A program made the translations under genes and the position numbers. From the human T2T-CHM13v2.0 reference genome, Homo sapiens, in NCBI RefSeq assembly GCF_009914755.1, contig NC_060927.1: 64,000 nucleotides of DNA, one strand, 5' to 3'. The notes beneath the pieces were generated by a model, which was not told the origin of the DNA, did not search any database, and saw nothing but the letters and a program-made list of their open reading frames with translations. Of the stretch, positions 1 to 11,042 are shown piece by piece (the first letter of the stretch is position 1; each line of letters opens with the position of its first letter).

Positions 1-3
1 AAA

Positions 4-20
4 TCCCGTTTCCAAAGATG
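4..20 (-). promoter_or_regulatory. Degenerate CENP-B box, monomer M1 (repeated in each HOR)
   Basis: TCCCGTTTCCAAAGATG versus the core NCCCGNNTNNNNCGAAN (reverse complement of NTTCGNNNNANNCGGGN). CGAA has become AGAT, so two core positions are lost. Confidence 0.85.
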
Positions 21-343
21 GCCTCAGAAAAGTCCCAATATACACTTGCAGATTCTACAAAAAGAGTTTTTCAAAACTGCTCCATCAAAAGGAAGGTTAA
101 ACTCTGTGAATTGAAGGCACACATCACAGAGTAGTTTCTGAGAATCATTCTGTCTAGTTTTTCTATGAAGATATCGCCTTCTCCACCATAGGCCTCAAAC
201 GGTGCTAAATATCCACTTGGAAATTCTACAAAAAGAGAGTTACAAGACTGCTCTATCGAAAGGAAGCTTCAACTCTGCGAGTTGAAAGCACACATCACGA
301 AGAAGTTTATGAGAATTCTTCTGTCTACTTTTGTATGAAGCAG

Positions 344-360
344 TCACGTTTCAAACGAAG
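344..360 (-). promoter_or_regulatory. Degenerate CENP-B box, monomer M3 (repeated in each HOR)
   Basis: TCACGTTTCAAACGAAG: CCCG has become CACG, so one core position is lost. Confidence 0.85.
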
Positions 361-852
361 GCCACAAAGAGGTCCAAATATCCACTTGGAGATTCAACAA
401 AAAGAGTTTTACAAAACTGCTCCATCAAGAGGATTATTCAACTCTGAGAGATGAAGGCAGGTATCACCAAGTAGTTTCCGACAATGCTTCTGTCTGGATT
501 TTATGTGAAGACATTCCCTTTTGTACCACAGGCCTGAAAGCATTCTAAATATAGAATTGCAAATTCCACAAAAAGAGTGTTTAAAACCGCTCTATCCAAA
601 GAAAGGTTAAACTCTGTCAGCTGAATGCGCACATCACAGAGTAGCTTCAGAGAACAATTATGTCTAGTTTTTCTGTGAAGATAGTTTCTCTTCCACATAG
701 GCCTGAGACCGCTCTAAATATTCACTTGGAAATTCTACAAAAAGAATATTTCAACACTCTTCTATCAAAAGGAAGGTTGAACTCTGAGAGGTAAACGCAC
801 ACATCACAGAGAAGTTTCTGAGAATTCTTCTGTCAAGGTTTATATGAAGAAA

Positions 853-869
853 CCCCGTTTCCAATGAAG
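853..869 (-). promoter_or_regulatory. Degenerate CENP-B box, monomer M6 (repeated in each HOR)
   Basis: CCCCGTTTCCAATGAAG: CGAA has become TGAA (CpG transition), so one core position is lost. Confidence 0.85.
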
Positions 870-1192
870 GCCTCAAAAAAGTCCAAATATTTACTTGCAG
901 ATTCCACAAAAAGAGTGTTTCATAACTGGTCTATCAAAAGAAAGGTTAAACACAGTGTGTTGAACCCACACATCACAAAGTAGCTTCTGAGAACAATTGT
1001 GTCTAGTTCTCATACGAAGATATTGCCTTTTCTACCATAGACCTCAAACGGCGCTAAATATCCACCTGGAAATTCTACCAAAACTGAGCCTCAAAAGTGC
1101 TCTATTGAAAGGAAGCTTCACCTCTGTGAATTGAAGGTACACATCACAAAGAAGTTTCTGAGAATTCTTCTGTCTAGTTGTAAATGAAGAAA

Positions 1193-1209
1193 TCACGTTT
1201 CAAACGAAG
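1193..1209 (-). promoter_or_regulatory. Degenerate CENP-B box, monomer M8 (repeated in each HOR)
   Basis: TCACGTTTCAAACGAAG, identical to the M3 box and carrying the same core lesion. Confidence 0.85.
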
Positions 1210-4200
1210 GCCACAAAGAGGTCCAAATATCCTCCTGCAGATTCTACAAAAAGAGTGTTTCAAAACTGCTCCATCAAGAGGAATGTTCAACTCTATGCGT
1301 TGAATGCAAATATCACAAGTAAGTTTCTGACAATACTTCTGTGTAGTTTTTATGTGAAGATATTTCCTTTCCTACTGCAGGCCTCAAAACGCTCTAAATA
1401 TACACTTGCAAATTCCACAAAAAGAGTGTTTCCAAACTGCTCTCTCAAAGGAAGTTTAAACTCTGTCAGCTTAATGCAAGCATCACAAAACAGCTTCGGA
1501 GAATGAATCTGCCTAGTTTTTCTGTGAAGATATTTCTTTTTCTGCCATAGACCTCAAACCGCTGTAAAAATCCACTTGGAAATTCTACAAAAAGAGTATT
1601 TCAAAGCTCTTCTATCGAAATGAAGTTTCAGCTCCATGAGTTAAATGCACATATCACAAATAATTTTCTGAGGATTCTTCTTTCAAGTTTTATATGAAGA
1701 AATCCCGTTTCCAAAGATGGCCTCAGAAAAGTCCCAATATACACTTGCAGATTCTACAAAAAGAGTTTTTCAAAACTGCTCTATCAAAAAGAAGGTTAAA
1801 CTCTGTGAGTTGAAGGCACACATCGCAGAGTAGTTTCTGAGTATCATTCTGTCTAGTTTTTCTATGAAGATATCGCCATCTCCACCATAGGCCTCAAACG
1901 GCGCTAAATATCCACTTGGAAATTCTACAAAAAGAGAGTTACAAGACTGCTCTATCGAAAGGAAGCTTCAACTCTGCGAGTTGAAAGCACACATCACGAA
2001 GAAGTTTATGAGAATTCTTCTGTCTACTTTTGTATGAAGCAGTCACGTTTCAAACGAAGGCCACAAAGAGGTCCAAATATCCACTTGGAGATTCAACAAA
2101 AAGAGTTTCTCAAAACTGCTCCATCAAGAGGAATATTCAACTCTGAGAGTTGAAGGCAGGTATCCCAAAGTAGTTCCCGACAATGCTTCTGTCTAGATTT
2201 TATGTGAAGACATTCCCTTTTGTACCACAGGCCTGAAAGCACTCTAAATACAGAATTGCAAATTCCACAAAAAGAGGGTTTAAAACCGCTCTATCCTAAG
2301 AAAGGTTAAACTCTGTCAGCTGAATGCGCACATCACAGAGTAGCTTCAGAGAACAATTATGTCTAGTTTTTCCGTGAAGATAGTTTCTCTTCCACATAGG
2401 CCTGAGACCGCTCTAAATATTCACTTGGAAATTCTGCAAAAAGAATATTTCAACACTCTTCTATCAAAAGGAAGGTTGAACTCTGAGAGTTAAACGCACA
2501 CATCACAGAGAAGTTTCTGAGAATTCTTCTGTCAAGGTTTATATGAAGAAACCCCGTTTCCAATGAAGGCCTCAAAAAAGTCCAAAAATTTACTTGCAGA
2601 TTCCACAAAAAGAGTGTTTCATAACTAGTCTATCAAAAGAAAGGTGAAACTCAGTGAGTTGAACCCACACATCACAAAGTAGCTTCTGAGAATCATTGTG
2701 TCTAGTTCTCCTACGAAGATATTGCCTTTTCTACCATAGGCCTCAAACGGCGCTAAATATCCACCTGGAAATTCTACCAAAACTGAGCTTCAAAAGTGCT
2801 CTATTGAAAGGAAGCTTCACCTCTGTGAGTTGAAGGTACACATCACAAAGAAGTTTCTGAGAATTCTTCTGTCTAGTTGTAAATGAAGAAATCACGTTTC
2901 AAACGAAGGCCACAAAGAGGTCCAAATATCCACCTGCAGATTCTACAAAAAGAGTGATTCAAAACTGCTCCATCAAGAGGAGTGTTCAACTCTGTGCGTT
3001 GAAGGCAAATATCACAAGTAAGTTTCTGACAATACTTCTGTGTAGTTTTTATGTGAAGATATTTCCTTTCCTACTGTAGGCCTCAAAACGCTCTAAATAT
3101 ACACTTGCAAATTCCACAAAAAGAGTGTTTCCAAACTGCTCTATCAAAGGAAGTTTAAACTCTGTCAGCTTAATGCAAGCATCACAAAACAGCTTCAGAG
3201 AATGAATCTGCCTAGTTTTTCTGTGAAGATATTTCTTTTTCTGCCATAGACCCCAAACCGCTGTAAAAATCCACTTGGAAATTCTACAAAAAGAGTATTT
3301 CAAAGCTCTTCTATCGAAAGGAAGTTTCAGCTCCATGAGTTAAATGCACATATCACAAATAATTTTCTGAGGATTCTTCTTTCAAGTTTTATATGAAGAA
3401 ACCCCGTTTCCAAAGATGGCCTCAGAAAAGTCCCAATATACACTTGCAGATTCTACAAAAAGAGTTTTTCAAAACTGCTCTATCAAAAGGAAGGTTAAAC
3501 TCTGTGAGTTGAAGGCACACATCACAGAGTAGTTTCTGAGAATCATTCTGTCTAGTTTTTCTATGAAGATATCGCCTTCTCCACCATAGGCCTCAAACGG
3601 CGCTAAATATCCACTTGGAAATTCTACAAAAAGAGAGTTACAAGACTGCTCTATCGAAAGGAAGCTTCAACTCTGCTAGTGGAAAGCACACATCACGAAG
3701 AAGTTTATGAGAATTCTTCTGTCTACTTTTGTATGAAGCAGTCACGTTTCAAACGAAGGCCACAAAGAGGTCCAAATATCCACTTGGAGATTCAACAAAA
3801 AGAGTTTTTCAAAACTGCTCCATCAAGAGGAATATTCAACTCTGAGAGTTGAAGACAGGTATCCCAAAGTAGTTCCCGACAATGCTTCTGTCTAGATTTT
3901 ATGTGAAGACATTCCCTTTTGTACCACAGGCCTGAAAGCACTCTAAATATAAAATTGCAAATTCCACAAAAAGAGTGTTTAAAACCGCTCTATCCAAAGA
4001 AAGGTTAAACTCTGTCAGCTGAATGCGCACATCACAGACTAGCTTCAGAGAACAATTATGTCTAGTTTTTCCGTGAAGATTGTTTCTCTTCTACATAGGC
4101 CTGAGACCGCTCTAAATATTCACTTGGAAATTCTTCAAAAAGAATATTTCAACACTCTTCTATCAAAAGGAAGGTTGAACTCTGAGAGGTAAATGCACAC

Positions 4201-7200
4201 ATCACAGAGAAGTTTCTGAGAATTCTTCTGTAAAGGTTTGTATGAAGAAACCCCGTTTCCAATGAAGGCCTCAAAAAAGTCCAAATATTTACTTGCAGAT
4301 TCCACAAAAAGAGTGTTTCATAACTGGTCTATCAAAAGAAAGGTGAAACTCAGTGAGTTGAACCCACACATCACAAAGTAGATTCTGAGAATCATTCTGT
4401 CTAGTTCTCCTACGAAGATATTGCCTTTTCTACCATAGGCCTCAAACGGCGCTAAATATCCACCTGGAAATTCTACCAAAACTGAGCTTCAAAAGTGCTC
4501 TATTGAAAGGAAGCTTCACCTCTGTGAGTTGAAGGTACTCATCACAAAGAAGTTTCTGAGAATTCTTCTGTCTAGTTGTAAATGAAGAAATCACGTTTCA
4601 AAAGAAGGCCACAAAGAGGTCCAAATATCCACCTGCAGATTCTACAAAAAGAGTGTTTCAAAACTGCTCCATCAAGAGGAATGTTCAACTCTGTGCATTG
4701 AATGCAAATATCACAAGTAAGTTTCTGAGAATACTTCTGTGTAGTTTTTATGTGAAGATATTTCCTTTCCTACTGTAGGCCTCAAAACGCTCTAAATATA
4801 CACTTGCAAATTCCACAAAAAGAGTGTTTCCAAACTGCTCTCTCAAAGGTAGTTTAAACTCTGTCCGCTTAATGCAAGCATCACAAAACAGCTTCGGAGA
4901 ATGAATCTGCCTAGTTTTTCTGTGAAGATATTTCTTTTTCTGCCATAGACCTCAAACCGCTGTAAAAATCCACTTGGAAATTCTACAAAAAGAGTATTTC
5001 AAAGCTCTTCTATCGAAAGGAAGTTTCAACTCCATAAGTTAAATGCACATATCACAAATAATTTTCTGAGGATTCTTCTTTCAAATTTTATATGAAGAAA
5101 TCCCGTTTCCAAAGATGGCCTCAGAAAAGTCCCAATATACACTGGCAGATTCTACAAAAAGAGTTTTTCAAAACTGCTCTATCAAAAGGAAGGTTAAACT
5201 CTGTGAGTTGAAGGCACACATCACAGAGTAGTTTCTGAGAATCATTCTGTCTAGTTTTTCTATGAAGATATCACCTTCTCCACCATAGGCCTCAAACGGC
5301 GCTAAATATCCACTTGGAAATTCTACAAAAAGAGAGTTACAAGACTGCTCTATCGAAAGGAAGCTTCAACTCTGCGAGTGGAAAGCACACATCACGAAGA
5401 AGTTTATGAGAATTCTTCTGTCTACTTTTGTATGAAGCAGTCACGTTTCAAACGAAGGCCACAAAGAGGTCCAAATATCCACTTGGAGATTCAACAAAAA
5501 GAGTTTTTCAAAACTGCTCCATCAAGAGGAATATTCAACTCTGAGAGTTGAAGGCAGGTATCCCAAAGTAGTTCCCGACAATGCTTCTGTCTAGATTTTA
5601 TGTGAAGACATTCCCTTTTGTACCACAGGCCTGAAAGCACTCTAAATATAGAATTGCAAATTCCACAAAAAGAGTGTTTAAAACCGCTCTATCCAAAGAA
5701 AGGTTAAACTCTGTCAGCTGAATGCGCACATCACAGAGTAGCTTCAGAGAACAATTATGTCTAGTTTTTCCGTGAAGATAGTTTCTCTTCTACATAGGCC
5801 TGAGACCGCTCTAAATATTCACTTGGAAATTCTGCAAAAAGAATATTTAAACACTCTTCTATCAAAAGGATGGTTGAACTCTGAGAGGTAAACGCACACA
5901 TCACAGAGAAGTTTCTGAGAATTCTTCTGTCAAGGTTTATATGAAGAAACCCCGTTTCCAATGAAGGCCTCAAAAAAGTCCAAATATTTACTTGCAGATT
6001 CCACAAAAAGAGTGTTTCATAACTGGTCTATCAAAAGAAAGGTTAAACTCAGTGAGTTGAACCCACACATCACAAAGTAGCTTCTGAGAATCATTCTGTC
6101 TAGTTCTCCTACGAAGATATTGCCTTTTCTACCATAGGCCTCAAACGGCGCTAAATATCCACCTGGAAATTCTACCAAAACTGAGCTTCAAAAGTGCTCT
6201 ATTGAAAGGAAGCTTCACCTCTGTGAGCTGAAGGTACACATCACAAAGAAGTTTCTGAGAATTCTTCTGTCTAGTTGTAAATGAAGAAATCACGTTTCAA
6301 ACGAAGGCCACAAAGAGGTCCATATATCCACCTGCAGATTCTACAAAAAGAGTGCTTCAAAACTGCTCCATCAAGAGGAATGTTCAACACTGTGCGTTGA
6401 ATGCAAATATCACAAATAAGTTTCTGACAATATTTCTGTCTAGTTTTTATGTGAAGATATTTCCTTTCCTACTGTAGGCCTCAAAACGCTCTAAATATAC
6501 ACTTGCAAATTCCACAAAAAGAGTGTTTCCAAACTGCTCTGTCAAAGGAAGTTTAAACTCTGTCCGCTTAATGCAAGCATCACAAAACAGCTTCGGAGAA
6601 TGAATCTGCCTATTTTTTCTGTGAAGATATTCCCTTTTCTGCCATAGACCTCAAACCGCTGTAAAAATCCACTTGGAAATTCCACAAAAAGAGTATTTCA
6701 AAACTCTTCTATCGAAAGAAATTTTCAACTCCATGAGTTAAACGCACATGTCACAAATAATTTTCTGAGGATTCTTCTTTCAAGTTTTATATGAAGAAAT
6801 CCCGTTTCCAAAGATGGCCTCAGAAAAGTCCAGATATACACTTTCAGATTCTACAAAAAGAGTTTTTCAAAACTGCTAAATCAAAAGAAAGGTCAAACTC
6901 TGTGAGTTGAAGGCACACATCACACAGTAGTTTCTGAGGATCATTCTGTCCAGTTTTTCTAGGAAGATATCGCCTTCTCCACCATAGGCCTCAAACGGCG
7001 CTAAATATCCACTTGGAAATTCTACAAAAAGAGAGTTACAAGACTGCTCTATCGAAAGGAAGCTTCAACTCTGCGAGTTGAAAGCACAAATCACGAAGAA
7101 GTTTATGAGAATTCTTCTGTCTACTTTTGTATGAAGCAGTCACGTTTCAAACGAAGGCCACAAAGAGGTCCAAATATCGACTTGGAGATTCAACAAAAAG

Positions 7201-8495
7201 AGTTTTACAAAACTGCTCCATCAAGAGGAATATTCAACTCTGAGAGTTGAAGGCAGGTATCACAAAGTAGTTCCCGACAATGCTTCTGTTTTGATTTTTT
7301 GTGAAGACATTCCCTTTTGTACCACAGGCCTGAAAGCACTCTAAATATAGAACTGCAAATTCCACAAAAGGAGTGTTTAAAACCGCTCTATCCAAAGAAA
7401 GGTTAAACTCTGTCAGCTGAATGCGCACATCACAGAGTAGCTTCAGAGAACAATTATGTCTAGTTTTTCCGTGAAGATAGTTTCTCTTCTACATAGGCCT
7501 GAGACAGCTCTTAATATTCACTTGGAAATTCTACAAAAAGAATATTTCAAAACTCTTCTATCAAAAGGAAGGTTGAACTCTGAGAGTTAAACGCACACAT
7601 CACAGAGAAGTGTCTGAGAATTCTTCTGTCAAGGTTTATATGAGGAAACCCCGTTTCCAATGAAGGCCTCAAAAAAGTCCAAATATTTACTTGCAGATAC
7701 CACAAAAAGAGTGTTTCATAACTGGTCTATCAAAAGAAAGGTGAAACTCAGTGAGTTGAACCCACACATCACAAAGTAGCTTCTGAGAATCATTCTGTCT
7801 AGTTCTCCTACGAAGATATTGCCTTTTCTACGATATGCCTCAGACGGCGCTAAATATCCACCTGGAAATTCTACCAAAACTGAGCTGGAAAAGTGCTCTA
7901 TTGAAAGGAAGCTTCACCTCTGTGAGCTGAAGGTACACATCACAAAGAATTTTCTGAGAATTCTTCTGTCTAGTTGTAAATGAAGAAATCACGTTTCAAA
8001 CGAAGGCCACAAAGAGGTCCAAATATACACCTGCAGATTCTACAAAAAGAGTGTTTCAAAACTGCTCCATCAAGAGGAATGTTCAACTCTGTGCGTTGAA
8101 TGCAAATATCACAAATAAGTTTCTGACAATACTTCTGTCTAGTTTTTATGTGAAGATATTTCCTTTCCTACTGTCGGCCTTAAAACGCTCTAAATATACA
8201 CTTGCAAATTCCTCAAAAAGAGTGTTTCCAAACTGCTCTGTCAAAGGAAGTTTAAACTCTGTCCGCTTAATGCAAGCATCACAAAACAGCTTCGGAGAAG
8301 GAATCTGCCTAGTTTTTCTGTGAAGATGTTTCTTTTTCTGCCATAGACCTCAAACCGCTTTAAAAATCCACTTGGAAATTCTACAAAAAGAGTATTTCAA
8401 AACTCTTCTATCGAAAGGAAGTTTCAACTCCATGAGTTAAACGCACATATCACAAATAATTTTCTGAGGATTCTTCTTTCAAGTTTTATATGAAG

Positions 8496-11042
8496 AAATC
8501 CAGTTTCCAAAGATGGCCTCAGAAAAGTCCCAATATACACTTGCAGATTCTACAAAAAGAGTTTTTCAAAACTGCTCTATCAAAAGAAAGGTTAAACTCT
8601 GTGAGTTGAAGGCACACATCACACAGTAGTTTCTGAGAATCATTCCGTCTAGTTTTTCTAGGAAGATATCGCCTTTTCCACCATAGGCCTCAAACGGCGC
8701 TAAATATCCACTTGGAAATTCTACAAAAAGAGAGTTACAAGACTGCTCTATCGAAAGGAAGCTTCAACTCTGCGAGTTGAAAGCACACATCACGAAGAAG
8801 TTTATGAGAATTCTTCTGTCTACTTTTGTGTGAAGCAGTCACGTTTCAAACGAAGGCCACAAAGAGGTCCAAATATCCACTTGGAGATTCAACAAAAAGA
8901 GTTTTTCAAAACTGCTCCATCAAGAGGAATATTCAACTCTGAGAGTTGAAGGCAGGTATCCCAAAGTAGTTCCCGACAATGCTTCTGTCTAGATTTTATG
9001 TGAAGACATTCCCTTTTGTACCACAGGCCTGAAAGCACTCTAAATATGGAACTGCAAATTCCACAAAAGGAGTGTTTAAAACCGCTCTATCCAAAGAAAG
9101 TTTAAATTCTGTCAGCTGAATGCGCACATCACAGAGTAGCTTCAGAGAACAATTTTGTCTAGTTTTTCTGTGAAGATAGATTCTCTTCTACATAGGCCTG
9201 AGACCGCTCTAAATATTCCCTTGGAAATTCTACAAAAAGAATATTTCAACACTCTTCTATCAAAAGGAAGGTTGAACTCTGAGAGTTAAACGCACACATC
9301 ACAGAAAAGTTTCTGAGAATTCTTCTGTCAAGGTTTATACGAGGAAACCCCGTTTCCAATGAAGGCCTCAAAAAAGTCCAAATATTTACTTGCAGATTCC
9401 ACAAAAAGAGTGTTTCATAACTGGCCTATCAAAAGAAAGGTGAAACTCAGTGAGATGAACCCACACATCACAAAGTAGCTTCTGAGAATCATTGTGTCTA
9501 GTTCTCCTACGAAGATATTGCCTTTTCTACCATAGGCCACAAACGGCGCTAAATATCCACCTGGAAATTCTACCAAAACTGAGCTTCAAAAGTGCTCTAT
9601 TGAAAGGAAGCTTCACCTCTGTGAGTTGAAGGTACACATCACAAAGAAGTTTCTGAGAATTCTTCTGTCTAGTTGTAAATGAAGAAATAACGTTTCAAAC
9701 GAAGGCCACAAAGAGGTCCAAATATCCACTTGGAGATTCAACAAAAAGAGTTTTTCAAAACTGCTCCATCAAGAGGAATATTCAACTCTGAGAGTTGAAG
9801 GCAGGTATCCCAAAGTAGTTCCCGACAATGCTTCTGTCTAGATTTTAGGTGAAGACATTCCCTTTTGTACCACAGGCCTGAAAGCACTCTAAATACAGAA
9901 TTGCAAATTCCACAAAAAGAGGGTTTAAAACCGCTCTATCCTAAGAAAGGTTAAACTCTGTCAGCTGAATGCGCACATCACAGAGTAGCTTCAGAGAACA
10001 ATTATGTCTAGTTTTTCCGTGAAGATAGTTTCTCTTCCACATAGGCCTGAGACCGCTCTAAATATTCACTTGGAAATTCTGCAAAAAGAATATTTCAACA
10101 CTCTTCTATCAAAAGGAAGGTTGAACTCTGAGAGTTAAATGCACACATCACAGAGAAGTTTCTGAGAATTCTTCTGTCAAGGTTTATATGAAGAAACCCC
10201 GTTTCCAATGAAGGCCTCAAAAAAGTCCAAAAATTTACTTGCAGATTCCACAAAAAGAGTGTTTCATAACTGGTCTATCAAAAGAAAGGTTAAACTCAGT
10301 GATTTAAACCCACACATCACAAAGTAGCTTCTGAGAATCATTGTGTCTAGTTCTCCTACGAAGATATTGCCTTTTCTATCATAGGCCTCAAACGGCGCTA
10401 AATATCCACCTGGAAATTCTACCAAAACTGAGCTTCAAAAGTGCTCTATTGAAAGGAAGCTTCACCTCTGTGAGTTGAAGGTACACATCACAAAGAAGTT
10501 TCTGAGAATTCTTCTGTCTAGTTGTAAATGAAGCAATCACGTTTCAAACGAAGGCCACAAAGAGGTCCAAATATCCACCTGCAGATTCTGCAAAAAGAGT
10601 GTTTCAAAACTGCTCCATCAAGAGGAATGTTCAACTCTGTGCGTTGAATGCAAATATCACAAGTAATTTCTGACAATACTTCTGTGTAGTTTTTATGTGA
10701 AGATATTTCCTTTCCTACTGTAGGCCTCAAAACGCTCTAAATATACACTTGCAAATTCCACAAAAAGAGTGTTTCCAAACTGCTCTCTCAAAGGAAGTTT
10801 AAACTCTGTCCGCCTAATGCAAGCATCACAAAACAGCTTCGGAGAATGAATCTGCCTAGTTTTTCTGTGAAGATATTTCTTTTTCTGCCATAGACCTCAA
10901 ACCGCTGTAAAAATCCACTTGGAAATTCTACAAAAAGGGTATTTCAAAGCTCTTCTATCGAAAGGAAGTTTCAGCTCCATGAGTTAAATGCACATATCAC
11001 AAATAATTTTCTGAGGATTCTTCTTTCAAGTTTTATATGAAG
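8496..11042 (-). repeat. Structural variant HOR: 15-mer (M1-7, hybrid M8/M3, M4-10)
   Basis: Unit length is 2547 = 1699 + 849 - 1. M8-type sequence (GTTGTAAATGAAGAAAT, to 9688) runs into M3-type sequence (CCACTTGGAGATTCAACAAAA from 9726), and M4-M10 then follow. Confidence 0.93.

Larger units (their letters stand above)
1..1699 (-). repeat. Representative 10-monomer HOR unit (M1-M10 in + strand order; box types B A B A A B A B A A)
   Basis: The GAAG landmark before each box lies at 167, 337, 507, 677, 846, 1016, 1186, 1356, 1526 and 1696, giving nine 170-bp and one 169-bp spacing per unit. M1/M3/M6/M8 have CENP-B-box-like (B-type) sites. M2/M4/M5/M7/M9/M10 have pJalpha-like (A-type) sites resembling TTCCTTTTYCACCRTAG. 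Confidence 0.93.
1..9690 (-). repeat. Left HOR block: heterogeneous copies with many private variants
   Basis: M2 reads CTCAAACGG and M8 reads GATTCTACAAAA. Many single-copy substitutions occur, densest in the 6797 unit (e.g. CGATATGCCTCAGACGG at ~7831, GAGCTGGAAAAG at ~7882). Confidence 0.8.

Noticed and set aside
1-1699. Firm assignment to a named array, chromosome or species
   Set aside because: A 1.7-kb 10-mer fits more than one known array and I cannot run a database search, so it is left as a candidate only.
1-1699. Classification as suprachromosomal family 3 because of the pentameric substructure
   Set aside because: The box order is B-A-B-A-A, not the W1-W5 order B-B-B-A-A.
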